The position numbers were made by a program, and so were the translations under genes. Shown piece after piece: positions 1-7,445 of a stretch of DNA of 64,000 bases. Within the stretch, counting starts at the first letter, position 1, and every line of letters starts with the position of its first letter. Origin of the DNA: an uncultured Alphaproteobacteria bacterium (GTDB lineage: Bacteria; Pseudomonadota; Alphaproteobacteria; Dongiales; Dongiaceae); assembly GCA_963816235.1 (NCBI GenBank), contig CAWFKD010000011.1, forward strand, positions 11,069 to 75,068, written 5' to 3'. The notes under the pieces were generated by a model, which did not search any database, was not told the origin of the DNA, and was given only the letters and a program-made list of their open reading frames with translations.

Positions 1-342
1 CGGCCGGCGGAACTGGCCTCCAGCATGCTGTCGCAATGCAACACCATCTTCGCCATGCGCCTGAGCCACGAGCGCGATCAACAATGGGTTCGCTCGGCCC
101 TGTCCGACGGCGCACTCGGCCTGCTGGATGCGCTGCCGTCCCTGGGCACCGCGGAAGCGATCGCCGTCGGCGAAGGCATCTCCATGCCGATGCGCCTTGC
201 CTTCGACGAATTGCCGGAAGACCGCCGGCCGCGCAGCGCCACGGCGAAATTCTCCAAGTCCTGGAAGGAAGACGTGGGCGACGGGCAGGAGTTCCTGTTC
301 GAAGTCGTCGACCGCTGGCGCCGCCAGCGCCGCGAGGGCTAG
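1..342 (+). CDS. C-terminal fragment of a HerA/DUF87-type (FtsK-HerA superfamily) ATPase; 5' end outside window
   Basis: Frame 1 is open from base 1 to TAG 340-342. The translation ...LSQCNTIFAMRLSHERDQ...AIAVGEGISMPMRLAFDELPEDRRPRS resembles the conserved C-terminal block of bacterial HerA-like ATPases (recognised by eye). Confidence 0.5.
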   Translation, partial: RPAELASSMLSQCNTIFAMRLSHERDQQWVRSALSDGALGLLDALPSLGTAEAIAVGEGISMPMRLAFDELPEDRRPRSATAKFSKSWKEDVGDGQEFLFEVVDRWRRQRREG

Positions 343-367
343 GCCCCGTCCGCGCCGTGTCGGCTCT

Positions 368-733
368 CTAGCAGTTGGACCAGTCCGGCGTGTAGACGCA
401 GCCGTTGGCGTCGCCGCCGACCCAGTAGTCCGCGGCATTGTTGGTGTGGCTCCAGCCATTGGAGCCCTGCTCGCCGCTGCCGGAGCCGGAGAAATAGGTG
501 CCGGTGTAGATGTTCCCGACCGGCTGGGAATTGCCCATCACGCCCCAATAGCCGTCTTCAGTCAGCCAGTAGTTACCGGGCTGCAGGCCGTTGGACGCCA
601 TGTACACCTGCCAATCATAGGGCGCCGGCTGGCCGTTGATGGTGTAGTAGACCTCGGCCGTCGACGGGACGCTGAGCGTTGCAATGCCGATAGCTGCCGC
701 TGCACACAGTGTCAGGCGCTTCAAGCTGTACAT
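368..733 (-). CDS. small secreted hypothetical protein, Trp/Tyr/Gly/Asn-rich with C-terminal Cys pair
   Basis: ORF 368..799(-). The ATG at 733 gives MYSLKRLTLCAAAAIGIATLSVPSTAEV..., a signal peptide, then about 100 aa ending GCVYTPDWSNC. No family recognised. Confidence 0.5.
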   Translation of the reverse strand: MYSLKRLTLCAAAAIGIATLSVPSTAEVYYTINGQPAPYDWQVYMASNGLQPGNYWLTEDGYWGVMGNSQPVGNIYTGTYFSGSGSGEQGSNGWSHTNNAADYWVGGDANGCVYTPDWSNC

Positions 734-897
734 GACCGCCCTCCGTATTTTGCTGTTGGATGGGGTACCTGATATTCGCGTACTGCGGGCGCATCGCATC
801 TGTCGCCCACTGTGACGCTGTCGCAGGGAAGCCTAGGAACCCTACAGCCCGGGGTCTGTGACCTGCATCACGTTTTGGCGGTCTCCATGATAAATCC

Positions 898-2511
898 CTA
901 AGCGCCCTCCGGGATCCACCATTCGGTACCGCGTACGGTCGTAACGTATTCCGGCCAGCGGTAGTTTATCGGCGCCTTGAAATTCCGGGGCAGGAGCGGG
1001 CCGACCCATTTCCTGCCATTGATGCCGCCGCCGGTGCGCTCCCGAAATTCCTTCTGCGCTGCTTTCAGCGCCTTCGGCATGGTGAAGAGATCGAGCATCG
1101 TCGTGCCGATGGTGCGCGCGGCGCAGATGACCGTGGGATCGATGGTCGCGGGGAATCCGCCGAGCGCATTCCAGACCCACAGCGGATATTGGTATCCCGG
1201 CTTCGGCGAGCGAAGCGTGGCGCGGCCGATCATCAGGCGCACCGTCGGACAATGCCATGTGTAGTCGGTATAGTCGTCCGACGTATAGTTCTTCTGCCAG
1301 GACGGCAGTTCCTGGCGCAATGTCGCTTCGGCTTCTTCCGGCGGCGACAGTTCCGCCATCTCCCGCAGCAGCGGGTCGGTCATCGGCTTCAGGCCGAGAT
1401 TCTTCTGGATCTCGCGGCCGAACTTGCGCGCGTCCGGGCCCCAGGCGGGCGGACCGACCAGCGCCAGGTTGCCGTAGCAGAGATGCGCCATCGCATGATT
1501 GGGCAATCCCGGCCGCGTCTTCGTCACCCATCCCTTGCGCAGCTTGCAGTTCGTCATCGCCGCGACATGCTCGGCGTTGTTGTCGAGAATGGAGAAGATG
1601 CGCTCTTGCATCGCCAGGGTCGGCGCGCGGCTGGAGAATTGGATCTGAGCGAAATTCGGCGCCAGGTTGTCAGCCGTCGCCTGTCCGGCGGCGAGGATCG
1701 CCTCGTTGATGGACCAGGTGCCCGTGTGGGGCAGCATCGCTTCCTTCGTATACTTCGACGTCGTGTACATCAGGCACACGGCATCGATCGCGCCGGGCGC
1801 GCGGGCCGAAGTATGAGGATTGGCCGAATCTGAGCTCGCGCCCATTGCCGCCCATTGCTCGGGATGCGGGCACTCGAAGGTGTAGATCTTGCTCCAATAG
1901 GAGCCGCAATGGGTGTCGAGTACGGTGGTGTTGGAGTAAGTGCGGAAATAGGCAGGATGAAAGCTGACTGCCGCGTCCAGATCGTCATAGTAGCCATGGG
2001 CCGCATGTACGGGCTTCGAGCCGCAGACCTTCTCCGCCGGCTCGCCGAAGAACTTGATCGTGCCGGCGATCCCATGCTGTTCCATCGCTGCCTTGGCCGC
2101 GAGCACGCCAGCCAGCGCCGCGACGCCTAGCGCGGAATGGGGGTCGGTATGGCCGGCCGCATATTTGTGCACGCCGTCGCGCGGCTTCTCGAAGGGGACC
2201 GGGTCCTGGCTGTTGCCGGGAACGGCGTCGTATTCGGCATAGGAAGCGATGACTGGGCCGCGCCGGCGCCCGCGATCGTTGCTCCAGCTGGCCAGGAATG
2301 CCGTCGGCATGGTGGCCGTGCCTTCCTCGACCTCGAAGCCTTGCTGGCGCAGAAGGTCCACGTAGTACGCGGCGGAGCGGTACTCCCGCCAGGCGGGTTC
2401 GTGAAAGTTCCAGATGTCCTTGTGAACCTGGGACAGCCAGGGCTCATTGGCCTGGATCCACTGCAGCGCCGATTTCTTTGCCGGCGTCATGACCGCTTTT
2501 CGTTGCGCCAT
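898..2511 (-). CDS. M20-family amidohydrolase/peptidase (AbgB-like)
   Basis: 537-aa ORF with an N-terminus typical of aminobenzoyl-glutamate utilisation protein B-like M20 enzymes (WLSQVHKDIWNFHEPAWREYRSAAY..., AEYDAVPG, GHTDPH). The start may be the downstream Met at 2490. Confidence 0.8.
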   Translation of the reverse strand: MAQRKAVMTPAKKSALQWIQANEPWLSQVHKDIWNFHEPAWREYRSAAYYVDLLRQQGFEVEEGTATMPTAFLASWSNDRGRRRGPVIASYAEYDAVPGNSQDPVPFEKPRDGVHKYAAGHTDPHSALGVAALAGVLAAKAAMEQHGIAGTIKFFGEPAEKVCGSKPVHAAHGYYDDLDAAVSFHPAYFRTYSNTTVLDTHCGSYWSKIYTFECPHPEQWAAMGASSDSANPHTSARAPGAIDAVCLMYTTSKYTKEAMLPHTGTWSINEAILAAGQATADNLAPNFAQIQFSSRAPTLAMQERIFSILDNNAEHVAAMTNCKLRKGWVTKTRPGLPNHAMAHLCYGNLALVGPPAWGPDARKFGREIQKNLGLKPMTDPLLREMAELSPPEEAEATLRQELPSWQKNYTSDDYTDYTWHCPTVRLMIGRATLRSPKPGYQYPLWVWNALGGFPATIDPTVICAARTIGTTMLDLFTMPKALKAAQKEFRERTGGGINGRKWVGPLLPRNFKAPINYRWPEYVTTVRGTEWWIPEGA

Positions 2512-2647
2512 GGCGGTTCCTCCATTTTGTTATCGTTGGGGCAATGATAGCAGTGTCGCTCGCGGCGTCGCCAGGGCCGCATCAATGATTTGTTAACCGA
2601 GGTTTCTGCATTCTTACGAACGCTTATTGGGGGATAGGAGAGCTGAT

Positions 2648-3235
2648 ATGATCAATTGGAAGGACATGGCCGCCGTATGTGCTGTCGCGGCCGCCCTTTG
2701 CGGGCCTTCAATTTCCGCGCTTGCCGAAGATAGCGAGCTGCAGTTGGCGCAGGCCCGCGTCGACGGGAGCCTAGTCCTATACTCGGAGGACCAATATCAG
2801 GGCAGTGCCGCGCCATTCGAGGGCGAGCAGTCGAACCTGTCCGATGCCGGCTGGAACAATCAGGCCGAGAGCCTGAGCATCCGCGAGGGCGACATCTGGG
2901 AAGTCTGTGGCGAAACGGAATTCAGGGACTGCAAGCGGATCGACAGCAACGTCCCCGACCTGGGCAAACTCGGGTTGAACAAGAAGATCTCCTCAATCCG
3001 GCCGATCCAGCAGATCGATCCGACGCTCATCAAGCCGTTGGAGGGCCGCACCGCCGGCTTCTTCCCGACACCCCGGCGCAACGATGCGCCGATACCTGCC
3101 TGCCCGAGCGGCGGCACCGGCAAGAAATGCGTGCAGAAGGAAGCGAACGCGTTCTGCGCCGAAAACGGCTACAAGGACAGCGCCTACTACGTGAACAACG
3201 AGGGTGTTCTCGAAGAAGTCCTCTGCAAGCGATAG
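2648..3235 (+). CDS. secreted beta/gamma-crystallin-domain protein with Cys-rich C-terminal domain
   Basis: ATG 2648 is preceded by GGAGAG. Signal peptide MINWKDMAAVCAVAAALCGPSISALA. Greek-key signatures are LVLYSEDQYQGS, WNNQAESLSI, WEVCGETEFRDC and LNKKISSIRPI. The C-terminal 70 aa carry 4 Cys. Confidence 0.6.
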   Translation: MINWKDMAAVCAVAAALCGPSISALAEDSELQLAQARVDGSLVLYSEDQYQGSAAPFEGEQSNLSDAGWNNQAESLSIREGDIWEVCGETEFRDCKRIDSNVPDLGKLGLNKKISSIRPIQQIDPTLIKPLEGRTAGFFPTPRRNDAPIPACPSGGTGKKCVQKEANAFCAENGYKDSAYYVNNEGVLEEVLCKR

Positions 3236-3249
3236 GCGATCGGCGACAC

Positions 3250-3273
3250 GGCGGGCGCGTCTGCGCGCCTGCC
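3250..3273. terminator. GC-rich hairpin between convergent genes (possible bidirectional terminator)
   Basis: ggcgggcgcg-tctg-cgcgcctgcc forms a 10-bp stem with one G-T pair. It lies between the stop at 3235 (+) and the stop at 3275 (-). There is no clear T-tract. Confidence 0.3.
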
Positions 3274-3274
3274 G

Positions 3275-4477
3275 CTAGCCGTCGCGGCTGAGGCCGTGGA
3301 TGGCGGTCGCCACCGCCAGCAGTCCGGCCATGAGGCCGAACAGGGCGCCGTAGGAGACTGCCACCGCAGCACCGGCGTCCAGAGTGGACTGGGCAATGGC
3401 GCCGGTGGCCGCCTGGATAATGCCGGTGCCGGCGAAGCTGACGAAATTCAAGCTGGCCAGACCGCGGCCGACCAGATGGTCAGGCAGGAAGCGTTTGCCC
3501 TGCGCCATCAGCAGGACGTAGGTCGCGCCGAAGAACGCAATGAGCGCAAATCCCGCTGCGGTCACCGGCAGCGAATGTCCAGGCCACAACGCTAGCACAG
3601 CCAACCCTGCGGCCGTGCCCCAGCTGCCAAGCTGGAGCAGCAGCTTGCGGTGCTGCCAGCGCCTTTCCAAGCCGCCGTAGACGAGCGTTCCGGCGGTCAT
3701 GGCTAGGGTGAAGGCGAATAGCCAGTTGCCCGCATCGCCGATCGACAGACCGAAGACGTCCTGCAGATAGGGGCCGCCCCACAATCCGCGAACGGTGATC
3801 AGCGAGGCGTAGCCGGCGAAGCTCAGGGGCAGGATCAGCCAGAGGGCGCGGATGCGCAGCACTTCGCCGACGCCGCCGAACGCGCTGCGCCATGAGCTTG
3901 CGGCGGCATGATCGGTGACGTCGCCTTCGGGACCGCGGGAAAGAAACAGGACAGCAAGCATCGATACCAGCGTGGCGGCCGCGATGAGCAGATACGCGTA
4001 TCGCCAGCCGATCCACTCGGCCAATTGCCCGAATGGTCGTGCGCTCAGCAACACACCGACCGTGGCGAAGGCAAGCACCAGCGATGACAGCGAAGCGAAC
4101 CGCTCGCGGGCAAACCAATGACTGACCGCATGTAGCGAGCCCATGAAGATCGGCGAACAGCCGATGCCGATCAGCGCCTGGCCGGCGATGGCGCTCGTGT
4201 GGGTCGTTGCGGTCGCGAAGACAATGGCGCCGACGACAGCGATACCCATCAGGCCGCTCACCGTGCGGCGCGGGCCATAGCGGTCCAGCAGGACGCCGAC
4301 GGGGATCTGCATGGCGGCAAAGGCGATGAACCAGGCCGACGACAGGGCGCCGAGCTGCGCTTGGTCCAGGTTCAGATCAGCCGCCACCATCCGCGCGATC
4401 ACGGCAATCGCGGTGCGATAGAACATGCTGAGCAGATAGGCGAAGGCGAGGGCGGCGAGCCCGATGAGTGGATTCAT
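3275..4477 (-). CDS. MFS transporter
   Basis: 400-aa, about 12-TM hydrophobic ORF with the MFS loop motif LLDRYGPRR after TM2. Confidence 0.85.
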   Translation of the reverse strand: MNPLIGLAALAFAYLLSMFYRTAIAVIARMVAADLNLDQAQLGALSSAWFIAFAAMQIPVGVLLDRYGPRRTVSGLMGIAVVGAIVFATATTHTSAIAGQALIGIGCSPIFMGSLHAVSHWFARERFASLSSLVLAFATVGVLLSARPFGQLAEWIGWRYAYLLIAAATLVSMLAVLFLSRGPEGDVTDHAAASSWRSAFGGVGEVLRIRALWLILPLSFAGYASLITVRGLWGGPYLQDVFGLSIGDAGNWLFAFTLAMTAGTLVYGGLERRWQHRKLLLQLGSWGTAAGLAVLALWPGHSLPVTAAGFALIAFFGATYVLLMAQGKRFLPDHLVGRGLASLNFVSFAGTGIIQAATGAIAQSTLDAGAAVAVSYGALFGLMAGLLAVATAIHGLSRDG

Positions 4478-4571
4478 AGAGGATCGTGCAACGGCGGCAT
4501 GTATCAGCCGTCATAGCCGATCGCGCCCGCCGGCACCACCGGCGGGTTTCAGATGCCAGTCGATACGGAGC

Positions 4572-4997
4572 TTAGGCGGCCGAGCCGGAGGTGGTGCGGG
4601 CGCGCGTGGTCTCGAGTTCGCCCAGCAGCGCCTCGAGGCATTCCTTCAGGGCTTCGACGGAGAAGGGCTTCACCAGGTATTTGTCGACGCCGGCCTCGAC
4701 CGCGATGCTGATTTCGTCATCGAGCTCGCGAGTCGATGTCATGATAAAAGGCGTCCGGCCGAGGATGGGATGGCCGCGGACCTTCTTGACGAACTCCACG
4801 CCATCCATGTCCGGCATCAGCCAGTCGGAGATGACGAGGTCGAAGCGCTGCTTGTTCATGGCGTCCAGCGCTTCGCGGCCCGTGCCCGCGTCGGTGATGC
4901 GATCGATGCCCAAGCGCTTCAGACAGACCTTCGTCAGGCCACGCATGCTCGGCTGGTCGTCGACCACCAGTACGTTGAGGTTGTGCACAACAGGCAT
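4572..4997 (-). CDS. cheY: chemotaxis response regulator CheY
   Basis: Single REC domain: VLVVDDQPSMR, DLVISDWLMPDMDG, VKPF. It is the last gene of the che cluster. Confidence 0.9.
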   Translation of the reverse strand: MPVVHNLNVLVVDDQPSMRGLTKVCLKRLGIDRITDAGTGREALDAMNKQRFDLVISDWLMPDMDGVEFVKKVRGHPILGRTPFIMTSTRELDDEISIAVEAGVDKYLVKPFSVEALKECLEALLGELETTRARTTSGSAA

Positions 4998-5018
4998 TGC
5001 TGGAAACCCAATGACAAA

Positions 5019-5034
5019 AATATCCGCGGATATT
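5019..5034. promoter_or_regulatory. perfect 16-bp palindrome AATATCCGCGGATATT in the cheB-cheY spacer
   Basis: Read directly. The sequence is self-complementary over all 16 bp. It sits in an AT-richer 102-bp spacer, 22 nt upstream of the cheY ATG. Confidence 0.3.
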
Positions 5035-5099
5035 AGGCGAATGTTGGTTTACGAAACGATAATGCCAAGGAATGGAATCTGCCGCGGTTTTGTTAACGT

Positions 5100-6203
5100 T
5101 CAGGCAAGACTTTGGACCCGGTCCAGGATCGCGGCCGCCATCTGCTGGATGGAGTACTCGGTCTCGACGGCGCCGTCGTTGAAAGCCGCCTTTGGCATGC
5201 CATAGACCACGCAACTTTGCTCGTCCTGGCCCAAGGTGCGGGCGCCGGCCTCGCGCATGGCCTTGAGGCCCGAGGCGCCGTCGCGGCCCATGCCGGTCAG
5301 GATAACGCCCACGGACTTGCCGCCGGCGACCGTGGCAACGGAATGGAACAACACGTCCACGGACGGCTTATGGCCGCCCACGGGGGCATCGTCGCCCAGG
5401 CGGCAGTGATACTGCGCCCCGGACCGCACCAGCCGCAGATGCTTGTCGCCGGGGGCGATGTAGACGTGGCCGGGCAGCACCCGCTGACCGTCCTCTGCCT
5501 GCCGGACGCGGACCTGCGCCAGGCCATCGAGCCGCTCCGCAAAGCGGGCCGTGAAGCCGGCGGGCATATGCTGGGTAATCAGCACTGCCGGCGAATCCGG
5601 GGGCAGCGCGCAGATGATTTGCCGCAGGGCATCGACGCCGCCGGTCGACGAGCCGATGGCGACGATGGAATCGGTGCCGCGCAGCGGGCCCGAGCGCGCG
5701 GGCAGCGGTGCCGGAGCGACCGCGCCATAGGGCTGTCCCAGGGGCTTGATGCGGGCCTGCGACGCCGCCTTGACCTTGGCGACCAGTTCCTCGCGCTTGC
5801 CGTCGAGGCCGCGCTCCACATCGAGCGCCGGCTTGGTGACGAAATCTACGGCGCCCAATTCCAGGGCCTGGAGCGTGATTTCCGCACCGCGAAGCGTCAG
5901 CGAAGAGACCATGACCACCGGCATCGGCCGCAGGCGCATGATCTTCTCCAGGAAGGAAATGCCGTCCATGTTCGGCATCTCGACATCCAGGGTGACCACA
6001 TCGGGGTTGGTCGATTTGATGATGTTGCGGGCGCTGTAGGGATCCGAGGCGATGCCGACGACCTCGATATCCGGATCGGACCGCAGCAGCCGGGAGATGA
6101 GCTGCCGGGCCAGAGCGGAGTCATCGACGACGACGACCCTGATGCGGCGGCGCAACGTGGTGACGCCGTGGTCGGACATGGCGCTTTGCGAACGCGGCGC
6201 CAT
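5100..6203 (-). CDS. cheB: protein-glutamate methylesterase/glutaminase CheB
   Basis: The ATG at 6203 overlaps the cheR TGA (TGATG). It has a REC domain (RVVVVDDSALAR, TLDVEMPNMDG) plus a methylesterase domain (IGSSTGG, GMGRDG). The ORF-track start at 6620 lies inside cheR and is rejected. Confidence 0.9.
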   Translation of the reverse strand: MAPRSQSAMSDHGVTTLRRRIRVVVVDDSALARQLISRLLRSDPDIEVVGIASDPYSARNIIKSTNPDVVTLDVEMPNMDGISFLEKIMRLRPMPVVMVSSLTLRGAEITLQALELGAVDFVTKPALDVERGLDGKREELVAKVKAASQARIKPLGQPYGAVAPAPLPARSGPLRGTDSIVAIGSSTGGVDALRQIICALPPDSPAVLITQHMPAGFTARFAERLDGLAQVRVRQAEDGQRVLPGHVYIAPGDKHLRLVRSGAQYHCRLGDDAPVGGHKPSVDVLFHSVATVAGGKSVGVILTGMGRDGASGLKAMREAGARTLGQDEQSCVVYGMPKAAFNDGAVETEYSIQQMAAAILDRVQSLA

Positions 6204-7261
6204 CAGGATTGCTTCCGATAGATGCTGCGGCCGATCAGCTTCAGCCGGTGTTCGAAGGGAATCGGGCTCTCGGAGTGGCCGAGATACAGGATCCCGTCCT
6301 CGGACAGGGCCTCGGTGAACCGCTTGATGAGCTGGTCCTGGGTCCGCTTGTCGAAATAGATGATCACATTGCGGCAGAAGATGACGTCGAACTTGCCCTT
6401 CATCGGCCAGGGCTCGATCAGGTTCAGCGGCTTGAAGGCCACCAGGCTGCGCACATGGCCGGCGACCCTGAATTTCTGGTTCGACTGATCGACGGCACGG
6501 ACAAATTTGCCGCGGAAATCCTCGGGGATATCGGCGACCTGCTTGCTGGTATAGAGACCGGACTCGGCCTGTGTCAGGACGTTCGTGTCGATATCGGTGG
6601 CGAGGACCTTGGCGTCCCATCCTTCCAGGCCTGGAAAGGAGTGTCGCAGCGTCATCGCGATTGAATAGGCTTCTTCGCCCGAAGAGCAGCCGGCGGACCA
6701 GACCCGCAGGCGGCGCTTGCCCGAAGTCTGGCTCTGGCGCATCAGCGCGGGGATGAGTTCTTCGGTCATATGATCGAAGTGATGCTCCTCCCGGAAGAAC
6801 TTCGTGTAGTTCGTGGTCAGGGCATTGACCAGCGAGCCCATCTCTTCTTCGTTGCTGCCGTCTTCCAGGCGTTTGCGATACTCGCCGAAACTTGTGAGGC
6901 CGAGTTCCCGCACCCGGCGCGACAGCCGGGCATAGACCATGGCCCGCTTTTTGGTGGTGAGGGCGATGCCGGCGCGGTCATGGACGATCTTGGCGATGAA
7001 ACGGAAATCATCGTCCTCCATCGACACATCTTGCAGGGATTTGGCGATGAGCAGCGACAGGCGCCCGGCGCCGGGCTTAGGCAGGGTCGTGCTGTTCGCG
7101 GCTGCAGGCTCGGCGTTCTCTTCGCCGCCTGGCCAGCGGTTGTCCGCTTGCTGCCGCACTACGCTTTCCGACATGACGCCCCGTTGATATGCCAAGTCCT
7201 CGAACGCTGCCGATCGACCTTGTCGCGGTACTTCGGAGGCGCCATTGCTGCCGACCGCCAT
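6203..7261 (-). CDS. cheR: chemotaxis protein methyltransferase CheR (start uncertain)
   Basis: CheR N-domain FRFIAKIVHDRAGIAL and SAM-MTase core TKFFREEHHF, RVWSAGCSSGEEAYS, DVIFCRNVIIYF. The first ~80 aa are unconserved-looking. Alternative starts are 7174 and 7021. Confidence 0.85.
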   Translation of the reverse strand: MAVGSNGASEVPRQGRSAAFEDLAYQRGVMSESVVRQQADNRWPGGEENAEPAAANSTTLPKPGAGRLSLLIAKSLQDVSMEDDDFRFIAKIVHDRAGIALTTKKRAMVYARLSRRVRELGLTSFGEYRKRLEDGSNEEEMGSLVNALTTNYTKFFREEHHFDHMTEELIPALMRQSQTSGKRRLRVWSAGCSSGEEAYSIAMTLRHSFPGLEGWDAKVLATDIDTNVLTQAESGLYTSKQVADIPEDFRGKFVRAVDQSNQKFRVAGHVRSLVAFKPLNLIEPWPMKGKFDVIFCRNVIIYFDKRTQDQLIKRFTEALSEDGILYLGHSESPIPFEHRLKLIGRSIYRKQS

Positions 7262-7395
7262 CCCGTCCCGAATGGCAGCCGACAGGCTAGATTACCTTCT
7301 GAATAGTTAACGCCCAGTTTAGTGCCATCAGGCGGGAACGCCGGGTATTGTTGCCAAACCGTTGCGGCGGAGGATGTCGCGTTTAGAGAAGTCGT

Positions 7396-7439
7396 TTTGG
7401 ATTTTTTTCCAAAGCCACCGATGGGCGTGCCGCACGCCC
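7396..7439 (-). terminator. two hairpins just downstream of mcp (possible attenuator/terminator before cheR)
   Basis: GGGCGTGCCGCACGCCC at 7423-7439 begins 7 nt after the mcp stop. The second is TTTGGA-T6-TCCAAA at 7396-7413. There is no classical U-tract directly after the GC stem. Confidence 0.3.
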
Positions 7440-7445
7440 TGGAAG

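Noticed and set aside
5100-6620. 506-aa version of cheB starting at 6620
   Set aside because: The first ~140 codons overlap cheR out of frame and look like off-frame sequence. ATG 6203 gives a normal REC N-terminus and overlaps the cheR stop.
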